Positions 8,047-17,296 of a stretch of DNA of 64,000 nucleotides are shown here, one piece after another. The first letter of the stretch is position 1, and each line of letters starts with the position of its first letter. Source of the stretch: Vulcanimicrobiota bacterium (lineage in GTDB: Bacteria; Vulcanimicrobiota; Vulcanimicrobiia; Eremiobacterales; Eremiobacteraceae); contig CAWDVP010000006.1 of the NCBI GenBank assembly GCA_963805945.1, positions 160,001 to 224,000 on the forward strand. Direction: 5' to 3'. The position numbers and the translations under genes were made by a program. The notes under the pieces are model-generated. The model did not search any database and had not been told where the DNA came from. It saw nothing but the letters and a program-made list of their open reading frames with translations.

Positions 8047-10691
8047 AGAGCCGGCGTCGTCACCTGTGCGGACAGCGCCTTGTCGGCCATCGCTCGGATG
8101 TCTTCGAGGTTCGCCTGTGTCACCTCGTCCAAACCGCCGCGGTCGAGCGCCTGCGTGCAGCGCTGCGACAGCGTCGCCAGGTGATGGCGCGCCAGCGCTT
8201 TCGCATCGGTCGGCGTGCCGGGATCCGGCCGCAAGGCGATGTGCACCAGCAGTTCCGCGTACCGATGCTGGAGGCTGCGGTGGATCACGTTCACGCTCAC
8301 CAGGCCGCGCGTCTGGAGATCGCCGTAGATGCTCTGGTCGGTCCAATCGAACAGATCCGATAGGCTCATCGTCTGGCCGGCCTTGCTCGTACGCAGCTCC
8401 ATGCTGTCGAGGCGCGTCATCACGTTGGGCTGGAACATCCGTCGCAGGGCAGCGACTTGGAAAGTCGTCACCGACACCTCGATTGGGAAGTCGAGCCGAC
8501 CAGTGTCGTTGGCATCGGCCTCCCAGTGCTCCCAGCGCGACGAGCCCATGCTGTTGATCAGCTGCGGCGAGAGGTTGAAGGCGTTGTCGCTGAACGCGTA
8601 GCGGTCGAGCAGCACGTACGCGCGCCGCTCGTCGGCCCGCGGGATCGGGATGAACGGTGTCTTCGCGTTGGGATCGCCCTTGTGGTTGCGCGTGAAGTAC
8701 TCGGCGCCAATGTACGTGGTCGGTACGAGCGTGTAGCGATACCAGTTGCGCAGCACGAGCATGACGTCTCGGCGCACCTGCTCGTAGCTGTCGCCGTTGA
8801 TCGGACGGCGCGACAGCAGGATGCTGAACATGCGCTGGTCCGTCGCGAGATTGTTCGCGGCGAAATGCAGCGGATCGGTGGTGAGATTGAACGGCGCGAA
8901 GCGCGGATCGCTCGAAAAGCCGTTCGCCAGCGCCGAATCCTCGTCGGTCGAGTAGAACAGCGCCGGCTGGGTGTATTGCGAGGCCAGCGCGCGCAGCGTC
9001 GGCAGCTCGCCTTCCGCCGAGCTCGCGTTGATCGGCTCATAGCCGTACTTTATCTGCGCGTAGTCCCACGGCCCGAGCCCGAGCTGGAACAGCGCGCCCT
9101 GCGGCTGGCCATGTGGCGACAGGTTGATCGGCGTGTACGCCATCACCGAGCCGACGATGCCTTGTGACGTTTTGCTCTGCACGTGCGCATTCGTGTAGAT
9201 GACCTCGGAGCCGAAGTTGTGGCGCAGCCCGAGCACGTGACCGAACTCGTGCAGCATGACCTGTTTGAGACTGTCGTAGGTGTACTGCTCCGGCGGCTCG
9301 CCGGCGAACTTGCCGTCGAGCGCGAGCGCAAGCGTCGCCCAATCGCGCTGCGCCGCCATTTCCGTGCCCAGCGCGCAGTCGTGCAACTGGCAGGCGAGCT
9401 GTGTGGCCGTCGATGCGCCCATGGTCGGGTCGATGAGCTCCTTATACGCCACGGTGTAGCCGCGCACTTCGTTCGCGTCGAAGATGACCTCGCCGCGGAA
9501 TATCTCGCCCGTGAGCGGATCCGGAATGGACGGACCGGCCGCGCCGAACGCCGGGATCGGCGTGGTCGCCCAGCGCACGATCGAATAACGCGCGTCATCG
9601 GGATCCCAATTCGGATCGTCGGGCTGTTGGCGCACCTCGATGGCGTGGGTGATGCCGATCGCCTCGAACGCCTTGTTCCAAGCGAGGATCGCGTCGCGCA
9701 TCGCTGGCCGGTATTCCGTGGGGATCTCGTTGAGCAGATAGAACACGATCGGGTTCTTGGCAGGCGAGACCTTTGCGGTCGGATCGGTCTTCTGGATGTT
9801 CCAGCGGTTGATGTAGACGACGAAGCTGGAGTCGCCACGCATCTGGTCGTCGTATTGCCGGCGTGCCGTCAAGAAGTAGCCGCCGCGGTCATCTGCGATG
9901 CGCGGCCGGTAGCCGTCGTTCGGCAGCTCCAAGATGCTATTGTGGATCTTCAAGAGCAGGAAGCGCGAGTCGGGCACCGCGTCGATCCCCGCATCCGGCG
10001 TGCTCGAGCTCCACGTGAGATCGGTTTCGATCTCGACGTTCTTGGGAAACGACTTCGTCGGGCCGTAGTAGCTGAGGCTGCGATTAAGGTTATAGCGCGC
10101 CTGCGGCGTGGTATTCCCCTGGTTGAGCGGATCCGAGATGTCGTTGAGGTCCGTCATGAGGAAGTCCGCGGGGAACACGATGTCGCCGGTCGCCTTGTTG
10201 ATCGAGGCGATCGAGTCTGAATTCACCACCGAGGGAGGATACGAATTCGCCACGCTCAGCGCCGCCGACGTGTTCGGCTTGGCCTTGCCGTACGGGTTGT
10301 CTTCGACGAGCAGTATCTTGTCGCCGGCGCGCTGGAACCTGATGATGGTCGAGCCGAACGGGATGCCGGCCACCAGGAAACGCTGCGCATCGACGCCGTT
10401 GACCAGCGTCGGGACGAGCAAGTACGGCGTGTCGAGCTGCGAGGGGGCGATCTCGAACCACACCCTGCCCTGCTTGCGCCACACGGTGAACAGGCCGGGC
10501 TGGGAGTCGGCACCGTCTTTGAATTTGTCGTAGGGCACGCCGACCTCGCCGTTGCTGGGAGTCGGGCTGCCGACCGGCGTGATGGACACGGGGACGGCGA
10601 CGACCGTGCCGGCCGACAAAACGCGCGCGGGAACGGCGGATACGATGAAGACCAGCGCTAGAAGCGCCAGTGCACGATATGAGCTGCGCAA
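8043..10691 (-). CDS. Secreted zinc-dependent metalloprotease (DUF5117/DUF5118/DUF4953, EcxA-like)
   Basis: HEFGHVLGLRHNF zincin motif, SVMAY Met-turn, PR.AD.R.GYF and DPLTGEI; GGAGG RBS before TTG 10691. Confidence 0.9.
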   Translation of the reverse strand: MRSSYRALALLALVFIVSAVPARVLSAGTVVAVPVSITPVGSPTPSNGEVGVPYDKFKDGADSQPGLFTVWRKQGRVWFEIAPSQLDTPYLLVPTLVNGVDAQRFLVAGIPFGSTIIRFQRAGDKILLVEDNPYGKAKPNTSAALSVANSYPPSVVNSDSIASINKATGDIVFPADFLMTDLNDISDPLNQGNTTPQARYNLNRSLSYYGPTKSFPKNVEIETDLTWSSSTPDAGIDAVPDSRFLLLKIHNSILELPNDGYRPRIADDRGGYFLTARRQYDDQMRGDSSFVVYINRWNIQKTDPTAKVSPAKNPIVFYLLNEIPTEYRPAMRDAILAWNKAFEAIGITHAIEVRQQPDDPNWDPDDARYSIVRWATTPIPAFGAAGPSIPDPLTGEIFRGEVIFDANEVRGYTVAYKELIDPTMGASTATQLACQLHDCALGTEMAAQRDWATLALALDGKFAGEPPEQYTYDSLKQVMLHEFGHVLGLRHNFGSEVIYTNAHVQSKTSQGIVGSVMAYTPINLSPHGQPQGALFQLGLGPWDYAQIKYGYEPINASSAEGELPTLRALASQYTQPALFYSTDEDSALANGFSSDPRFAPFNLTTDPLHFAANNLATDQRMFSILLSRRPINGDSYEQVRRDVMLVLRNWYRYTLVPTTYIGAEYFTRNHKGDPNAKTPFIPIPRADERRAYVLLDRYAFSDNAFNLSPQLINSMGSSRWEHWEADANDTGRLDFPIEVSVTTFQVAALRRMFQPNVMTRLDSMELRTSKAGQTMSLSDLFDWTDQSIYGDLQTRGLVSVNVIHRSLQHRYAELLVHIALRPDPGTPTDAKALARHHLATLSQRCTQALDRGGLDEVTQANLEDIRAMADKALSAQVTTPAL

Positions 10692-10750
10692 GGTGGGGAG
10701 ACCTCCGATGGTGATCCAGGATGCCGTGACTTGCGGCCTGGCTACGACGC

Positions 10751-11866
10751 TTGAGGGGCCGCGACCTTGAGCGCGTCGTAGGTGCCCTGGTGACCGACCA
10801 GACGGCAGCGCTCGCGGTGCGCTTCCTGACCGCCGTGGTCCCCAAGGCCGCGGCCGCACTGCGAAAGCTCAATAAGCGCGCTCGCGCCATCCCGGACCCT
10901 GCGATTCGGCGCGAGGCGCTGTCGAGCTTGCGCCACAAGGCCTTTCACGTCCATGGTGGCTGCGTGTTCGCGACATTTCTCGAGCCCGCGGCTGCGACGC
11001 GCTTCGTCGAACTCGTCGCGACGTATGAGACCGCGGTCGATTATCTCGACAACCTGTGCGATCGCATCGGCACCGCTGATGAAGCCGATTTCCGCGCTCT
11101 GCACGAGTCGCTGATCGACGCGATCACGCCAGACGCTCCGTTGCGTAACTACTTCCGGCACCGCGCCGGTGACGACGGCGGCTACCTGGCCGAGCTGGTC
11201 GTCCGCTCTCAGGCGTCCTTCGGTGGCTTGCCCGCCTACGATGCGGTGCGCGCTTCGGTCAAGGATGTGACCGAGCGCTACTGCGAACTGCAGGCGCTCA
11301 AACATCTCGCACCGGGAGAGCGGGAGCGGCGCTGCGAGGCTGCTTTCTCGTCCGTCGCGCCGGATCTGACATGGTGGGAAGCCGCCGCGGGCTGCGGCTC
11401 GACCATGTCGACCTTCGCCCTGACGTATGCAGCCGCGACGCCCTCGATCAGCGTGACACGCGAGAAGGCGATCTTCGCCGCCTACTTCCCGTATTTCACC
11501 GCACTGCACATCCTGCTCGACTATCTGGTCGACCAAGAGGAAGATCGCGCGCACGGCGAGCTCAACTTCGTCGCGCGTTACACCGACGCGGATGCCGCGC
11601 GCGAAGGCATCGTGCGCATCGCACGTGAGACCGACGCGCGCGTGCAATCGCTCGAGGATAGCGAGGTGCACCGCTTCGCTTTGCGCGCGATGTGCGGCTA
11701 CTACTGTACCCGGCCGACGCTCGCGAACACCGCCGGGCGCGCGACGACGCGCGAGATTTTCAACGCGGTCGGCATCGAGGTGGATGAGAGGACGGGCCTG
11801 CCGCGCCTCGGGGATCAACGGCTGCAGCCGCTGCTCGAGCTGTATGCGCGGATGAGCCGTCTCTAG
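10751..11866 (+). CDS. ytpB: Tetraprenyl-beta-curcumene synthase-like terpene synthase (DUF2600/YtpB family)
   Basis: A..SL..KAFH..GG, DYLDNLCDR, YC.LQ..KH, WWE.AA..GST, YFP…LHILLDYLVDQEED…GELNF motifs. Start position uncertain. Confidence 0.85.
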   Translation: MRGRDLERVVGALVTDQTAALAVRFLTAVVPKAAAALRKLNKRARAIPDPAIRREALSSLRHKAFHVHGGCVFATFLEPAAATRFVELVATYETAVDYLDNLCDRIGTADEADFRALHESLIDAITPDAPLRNYFRHRAGDDGGYLAELVVRSQASFGGLPAYDAVRASVKDVTERYCELQALKHLAPGERERRCEAAFSSVAPDLTWWEAAAGCGSTMSTFALTYAAATPSISVTREKAIFAAYFPYFTALHILLDYLVDQEEDRAHGELNFVARYTDADAAREGIVRIARETDARVQSLEDSEVHRFALRAMCGYYCTRPTLANTAGRATTREIFNAVGIEVDERTGLPRLGDQRLQPLLELYARMSRL

Positions 11867-11917
11867 CGGTCGAATGAATTCGACCGTCCATAGGTCGTTC
11901 TATTTATCCAATCGATA

Positions 11918-11926
11918 TGGTATAAT
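11918..11926 (+). promoter_or_regulatory. Extended -10 promoter of rnpB
   Basis: TGGTATAAT 6 nt before the P1 helix. Confidence 0.75.
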
Positions 11927-11932
11927 CCCCGA

Positions 11933-12303
11933 GCCGAGCGCGCCGGGCGATCGCGGACGGGTCACACCGTCTGAGGAAAGTCCGGGCTCCATCGGGCGAG
12001 GGTGCCAGTTAACGGCTGGTCGGGGCAACTCGAAGGAAAGTGCCACAGAAACATACCGCCTGCGGCGCAAGCCGTGTGGTAAGGGTGAAATGGTGCGGTA
12101 AGAGCGCACCGGAGCTGTCGGAAGGCAGCTGACGGGTAAACCCCACTCGGAGCAAGACGGTTGGGATCGTCTCCGCAAGGAGACGCCGGCTGCCCGCCGG
12201 CCCCCACCAATGTCGCATCAGGCGTCCGGCGACGGACGTCGCAGAGAGATGATCGCCGCGGCTTTCGGGCCGCACAGAACCCGGCTTACAGGCGCGTCTC
12301 GGT
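11933..12303 (+). ncRNA. rnpB: RNase P RNA (bacterial type A)
   Basis: GAGGAAAGTCCGGGCTCC, GGAAAGTGCCACAGAAA, GGTGCGGTAAGAGCGCACC, GGTAAACCCC…GAGCAAG, AGAACCCGGCTTA; 5'/3' P1 pairing. Confidence 0.96.
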
Positions 12304-12308
12304 ATTTC

Positions 12309-12704
12309 TCACGTGCGTTTGCGCGGCAACGGTCTGCGGGCGGCGAAGCCCTCATCGACCGCGTGCCAAAAACGTATGTCCGGCTCGTCCATCTTCCAAC
12401 ACAGGTTCACAAGCTCGCCGCCGCGCAGCGCCGGGAAATCGACCAATCCAAGATCGATGTCCTTGACGACGCATCCGTGGCGCTCGATCTCCTCGATGAG
12501 GCCGCGCAGCGCTTCGACCGTGTCGCGCGCTTCGCTGTGCGCCACGAGCGGATCATGCCCGCCGGCCTGCGCGCTGAAATTGCGCGCGACTTCTTCTTCC
12601 AGCAACGCGATGGCCGCATCGCGGCGGCGCCGCACGAGCCGGTCGAGCAGCGGGCGCAGCGTCGGCAGCAGTGCCGTCGCCTCGTCGAGCCTGAAGATCT
12701 TCAC
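12309..12704 (-). CDS. DUF2203 family protein
   Basis: F.LDEA.ALLP, GCVVKDIDLGLVDFP, LCWKMDEP.IRFWH…EGFAARRPL. Confidence 0.9.
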   Translation of the reverse strand: MKIFRLDEATALLPTLRPLLDRLVRRRRDAAIALLEEEVARNFSAQAGGHDPLVAHSEARDTVEALRGLIEEIERHGCVVKDIDLGLVDFPALRGGELVNLCWKMDEPDIRFWHAVDEGFAARRPLPRKRT

Positions 12705-12799
12705 GCGTCCGTGTTTCGCGCTGGCAAACGGGGCTCCCCGCCAGTGCCCTCTGCCCCAACCGCGGGACTAAACCCCTGGGATGGCCAATACTCGAAGAC

Positions 12800-13718
12800 G
12801 TGAAGTCGCAACCGCTCGAGCAAACCGCACAGCCGCCGCGCGAGCCCGCGCGCGCGTTGCCGTCCCCGCATGTGGTCATCGTCACCGGCATGTCGGGCGC
12901 GGGCAAGAGCCAGGCCGCGAAATGCCTCGAGGACCTCGGCTACTTCTGCGTCGACAACCTCCCGCCGAGCCTCATCCCGAAGTTCGCCGAGCTGTTCTCC
13001 AGCAGCAGCAACTTGCGCCGCGTCGCGCTCGTCCTCGACATCCGCGGTGAAGAGATGTTCGGCGATCTCGTCGGGCAACTGCGCGCGCTGAGCCAAGAAC
13101 GCGTCGCCTACCGGGTCGTCTTCCTCGACGCGAGCGACGAGGTGCTCGTCCGGCGCTACTCGGAGACGCGCCGCAAGCATCCGCTCTCGGATCGCGGCCG
13201 CATCATCGACAGCATCGTCGCCGAACGCGGCGAGCTCAAACCGATCCGCGACGCGGCCGACGTCATCATCGACACCTCGACGCTCACGCTGGCCGCGCTC
13301 AAGCAGCGGCTCGCGCATGCGGCCGATGCGGCCACCGAAGCGGGCGTCCTCAACGTCTCGATCGTGGCGTTCGGCTACAAGTACGGCGTGCCGCTCGACG
13401 CCGACCTCGTCTTCGACGTGCGCTTCCTGCCCAATCCGAACTACGTCGACGAGCTGCGCGAGCTCACGGGCGCGCATCCGGCGGTCGTCGCCTACCTCGC
13501 GCCGCGACGAGGACACGCAGGCCTTCATGCGCGAGCTGTTCCGCTTCGTCGATTTCCTGCTGCCGCGCTTCGAGCGCGAGGGCAAGGCGCACCTCACCAT
13601 CGCGATCGGCTGCACCGGCGGCCGTCATCGCTCGGTCTTCCTGGCGAACGAACTCGCCGCACACCTGCGCGATGGCAACGTGCGCGCGACCGTGGAGTTC
13701 CGCGATGCGCAACGGTAG
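12800..13718 (+). CDS. rapZ: RNase adapter RapZ (one frameshift near 13500, probably a sequencing error)
   Basis: VTGMSGAGKS, LEDLGYFCVDNLPP, RRYSETRRKHPL, FGYKYGVP, DVRFLPNP; the C-terminal IAIGCTGGRHRSV is in another frame. Confidence 0.9.
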
Positions 13719-15066
13719 CGGCGCGTCCAGCATTTGGCGCTCGCTTCGCTGGCTGACCCCAGGCATGAAGGTCAAGCGCTGGCTGCTGCTCGCGATCGGC
13801 GGCGGTGCGCTCTTCCTCAACGGCTTCGGACGGCTGCTGGGCTCGGTGCACCTCGACTTCCACATCAACGATTACATCGACCGTCAGCTCATCGCTCGCG
13901 ACATGATCTCGCGCGCGACCATCGAGTGGGTCTTCATGGCCATCGGGCTTTTCTGCGTCTACTTGGGCATCCGCCAATGGATGCGCTCGATCGTGTCTGC
14001 GGTGAGCCCGCGCGACGAACAGCGCTTGATGGATGTCGTCTACGAACGGCGCCAGCTCGACCGCGGCTATCGCATCGTCGCCATCGGCGGCGGCACGGGC
14101 CTCTCGACGCTGCTGCGCGGCCTCAAGCAGTATACCTCGCAGCTCACCGCGATCGTCACCGTCACAGATGACGGGGGCTCCAGCGGCCGCCTCCGCCACG
14201 AGCTGGGCGTGCTGCCTCCAGGCGACATCCGCAACTGTCTGGTCGCGCTCGCCGACGACGAATCGACCATGGCCGAGCTCTTCCAATACCGCTTCGATGA
14301 GGGCGACGGGCTGTCAGGCCACTCCTTCGGCAATCTCTTCATCGCCGCGATGTGCGGCATCGCCGGCGACTTCGACAGCGCCATCAAGGAGAGCAGCAAG
14401 GTGCTCGCGATCAAGGGGCGCGTGCTGCCGTCCACGCTGTCGGATATCTCCCTTGAAGCGACGCTCACCGACGGCACGACGCTGCGCGGCGAGACCTCCA
14501 TCTCGCAAGCGCACTCACGCATCGCGTCGATCCGGATCATACCAGAGACCTGCGAGCCGCTCGACGAGGCGATCGAGGCGATTCTCGCGGCCGATGCCAT
14601 CATCCTCGGCCCGGGCAGCTTGTATACGAGCGTCATGCCGAACCTGCTCGTGCCCGGCATCGCCGAGGCGGTCGAGCGCTCGATGGCCTTCAAGATCTAC
14701 GTCTGCAACATCATGACGCAGCCCGGCGAGACCGACGGCATGTCTGCGGCCGATCACGTGCGGACGCTGCTCGAGGGCACGAAGCGGCAAGTGTTCGAGT
14801 ATGTGCTCGTCAACGTCGAGCAGCCGCACCGTTTGCTCAAGCGTTATGAATCCGACGGCGCCTACCAGGTCCGCCCGGACGTCAAGGCGGTCACTGCGAT
14901 GGGCGTGACGCCGCTGTTCGGCAAGTTCGTGTCGGAAGAGCAGCTCGTGCGCCATGACTCGCAAAAACTTGCGCACAGTCTCATGCGTTTGATCGTCGAC
15001 AAGCTCGAGGGCCGCGGCCTGCCAGGCGACGAGCAGGTCCTCGACAGCCAAGCCACCGCGCGCTAG
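13705..15066 (+). CDS. yvcK: YvcK/UPF0052 gluconeogenesis factor with an N-terminal membrane extension
   Basis: IGGGTGLSTLLRGLK, DDGGSSGRLR, PPGDIRNC, GHSFGNL, GPGSLYTS, MTQPGET, RHD. Confidence 0.93.
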   Translation: MRNGSGASSIWRSLRWLTPGMKVKRWLLLAIGGGALFLNGFGRLLGSVHLDFHINDYIDRQLIARDMISRATIEWVFMAIGLFCVYLGIRQWMRSIVSAVSPRDEQRLMDVVYERRQLDRGYRIVAIGGGTGLSTLLRGLKQYTSQLTAIVTVTDDGGSSGRLRHELGVLPPGDIRNCLVALADDESTMAELFQYRFDEGDGLSGHSFGNLFIAAMCGIAGDFDSAIKESSKVLAIKGRVLPSTLSDISLEATLTDGTTLRGETSISQAHSRIASIRIIPETCEPLDEAIEAILAADAIILGPGSLYTSVMPNLLVPGIAEAVERSMAFKIYVCNIMTQPGETDGMSAADHVRTLLEGTKRQVFEYVLVNVEQPHRLLKRYESDGAYQVRPDVKAVTAMGVTPLFGKFVSEEQLVRHDSQKLAHSLMRLIVDKLEGRGLPGDEQVLDSQATAR

Positions 15067-16154
15067 TCCCTCGGTCGCTCCGTACTCGACACTTCAGCCA
15101 GGATTTCTTCGGGCAGCCGTCCCTTGCGCAGTTCGCGGACGCCGCCTTTGACAACCAGCGCGGAGGCGGTTGCCATCGCGACCCGCTTTCCCTCGGCGTT
15201 GTCGATATTGCAAGAGCTGACCCGCAGCAGTCTGCCGCGATGATTCACCGTCGCGTCGAGCGTGAAATCTCCGGAGTTGATGAGGGCCGGTCGTGTGAAC
15301 CGGATCTGCATGTCCAACGTCGCGAAGACGTCGCCGGCCGAAAGCGTGGAATACACGGCCGCCCCCATCGTGAAGTCTGCTGCCCATGCGAGCAGTCCAC
15401 CGTAGATCGAAGGGCCGCCGTTCGACAACCAGGCCGAAGACGGCAGGACGGCAGTGAGTCGGCCGTCCTCGACCAACGTCGGACGATAGCCGGTGAGCTG
15501 CCATACAGGGAAGACCTTTTCGCCCGAGACCGTTCGCCGTTGCAGGTCGATCGGGGTCCCGTTCATCACCTCATCCAGGCCGAAATAGCCGTCGTCGGGA
15601 GCCGGCCGCAGATAGGGGTCCGTAAGATCGGCCGGCCAGACATCAGGCGGCGGGTACTCCGCTCTCAAGTCCACCGGCACATCGGAGATCAGGCACCGGG
15701 TGCTCCCAAACGCAAGCAGGCGCCCTTCCTGATCGGTGATCTGGATGCTCGACAACCCCACCTGATTCCCCGAGTGGATGATCTCGGCACGCCCGATCAT
15801 GTCCGTCGTCTTCCTGCTCATCGGCCTCACGAATGACAAGCTCAGCTCGGACGTCGTGACGGTCTTCCCAGCGGGCAGCGTCGTCCAGATGGCGGCGGCG
15901 AGCGGCGCGTCAGCGAAGAGCGCGTACACGCCGCCCCAATACAAACCGAAACCGTCCTCCAACCATCGCGTCACCGGCATCGTGAACGTCGTCTTGCCGA
16001 GGCCTGCCTCAGTCGGCCGCATTCCAACGAGTCGAAAAACGGGAGGGGCTGGCAGATCGCCGCGGATGTAACGCCTGAATGTTTCCAGACCGGGTTTCTG
16101 AAACGCGCGCAGATCTCCGATCGATCCCCTGGCGCGCTCGTCCATGTGGCTCAT
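15063..16154 (-). CDS. Tandem hotdog-fold PaaI-family thioesterase
   Basis: Two PaaI-like halves (GG…FAD…T.EL.LSFVRP; YGG…AD…TLDMQIRFTRP…HRGR); ATGA overlap with the glycerate kinase stop. Confidence 0.8.
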   Translation of the reverse strand: MSHMDERARGSIGDLRAFQKPGLETFRRYIRGDLPAPPVFRLVGMRPTEAGLGKTTFTMPVTRWLEDGFGLYWGGVYALFADAPLAAAIWTTLPAGKTVTTSELSLSFVRPMSRKTTDMIGRAEIIHSGNQVGLSSIQITDQEGRLLAFGSTRCLISDVPVDLRAEYPPPDVWPADLTDPYLRPAPDDGYFGLDEVMNGTPIDLQRRTVSGEKVFPVWQLTGYRPTLVEDGRLTAVLPSSAWLSNGGPSIYGGLLAWAADFTMGAAVYSTLSAGDVFATLDMQIRFTRPALINSGDFTLDATVNHRGRLLRVSSCNIDNAEGKRVAMATASALVVKGGVRELRKGRLPEEILAEVSSTERPRD

Positions 16155-17296
16155 CTCGGTAGTGATCCTGCAAGCTGGCACGCGGCGCTTTCGATCAGCT
16201 CTCGTGCTCGGCGCATAGCTTCGTCCACCGGCATCGTCGCCGGCGCGATCGCAACAGCTTTCTCTATACCCGCCGACTCGACTTCGTCATCGGACAGGGC
16301 AATGCTGCCTGCCAGCGCGATGACCGGAATCCCCCGACCGTGCGCGGCTTGGGCGACGGCATAGGGCGCCTTCCCGCTCAAGGTCTGCTTGTCGAGACGG
16401 CCCTCACCCGTGACGACCACGTCGGCGCCTTCAAGATGGCGTTGGAAATCGAGCACATCCAAGACGAGTTCGGCGCCCGGCCGCAGATGCGCGCCGACCA
16501 GCGCGAGAAAGCCGCCGCCAAAACCGCCTGCGGCGCCCGCTCCCGGCACATCGCGAACATCGACGCCGGTCGTCTTGGCGGCGACCGTGGCGAACTGTAC
16601 GAGCGCCGCATCCAACTCTGCGACGTCCGCCGGCGACGCGCCCTTTTGCGGGCCATAGATCGCCGACGCGCCATTGGGCCCGACGAGCGGATTGGTGACA
16701 TCGCAGGCGATCTCGATCGTCGCGGCCGTGAGGCGCGCCTCCAGATCCCCGGTGTCGATGTGCCGCAGCCGTATAAGCGCCGCGCCGCCCGGCGGCAGCT
16801 CCTCGGCGTTCGCGTCCAGAAAGCGCGCGCCAAGCGCGCGCAGAGCGCCCGCGCCCGCGTCGTTGGTGGCGCTGCCGCCGATCGCCACGATCACCCGGCG
16901 AGCGCCGGCGTCCAACGCGGCTGCGATGAGCTGCCCCGTGCCGTAGGTGGTCGCGGTGAGAGGATCATTGGCGCCGGGCGGCAGCAGCGCCAAGCCGCTC
17001 GCGCGGGCCAGCTCAACCACGGCCGTCGTGCCATCCCCCATGAGGCCGAAGGCCGCCCTGACAGGCGCCCCGTCGGGGCCGCTCACCTTAACCGTGACCT
17101 CGCGGCCGCCGAGCGACGAGACGAGCGCGTCAAGGGTGCCGTCGCCGCCGTCGGCGACAGGCAATAAGTCATACAAAGCATCCGGGAACACGCGCCGGAA
17201 GCCGGCCGCGATCGCCGCGGCGACTCCCGCGCCGCTCAGGCTGCCCTTGAACTTGTCGGGTGCGATGAGGATATGGAAGGGCCGTGGACCAGTCAG
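16151..17296 (-). CDS. glxK: Glycerate kinase (GlxK/GarK type); probable CTG start
   Basis: ILIAPDKFKGSL upstream of the ORF-track start, ADGGDGT, TTYGTG, GGSATND, GAGAAGG, TGEGRLD.Q..GK. Confidence 0.9.
   Translation of the reverse strand: MTGPRPFHILIAPDKFKGSLSGAGVAAAIAAGFRRVFPDALYDLLPVADGGDGTLDALVSSLGGREVTVKVSGPDGAPVRAAFGLMGDGTTAVVELARASGLALLPPGANDPLTATTYGTGQLIAAALDAGARRVIVAIGGSATNDAGAGALRALGARFLDANAEELPPGGAALIRLRHIDTGDLEARLTAATIEIACDVTNPLVGPNGASAIYGPQKGASPADVAELDAALVQFATVAAKTTGVDVRDVPGAGAAGGFGGGFLALVGAHLRPGAELVLDVLDFQRHLEGADVVVTGEGRLDKQTLSGKAPYAVAQAAHGRGIPVIALAGSIALSDDEVESAGIEKAVAIAPATMPVDEAMRRARELIESAACQLAGSLPR

Noticed and set aside
11874..12466. Short ORFs over the rnpB region
   Set aside because: The region is explained by RNase P RNA and its promoter.
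13480..13530. Programmed frameshift in rapZ
   Set aside because: It is a single indel in a GC-repeat context (CTCGCGCCGCG) with no recoding signal, so most likely a sequencing error.
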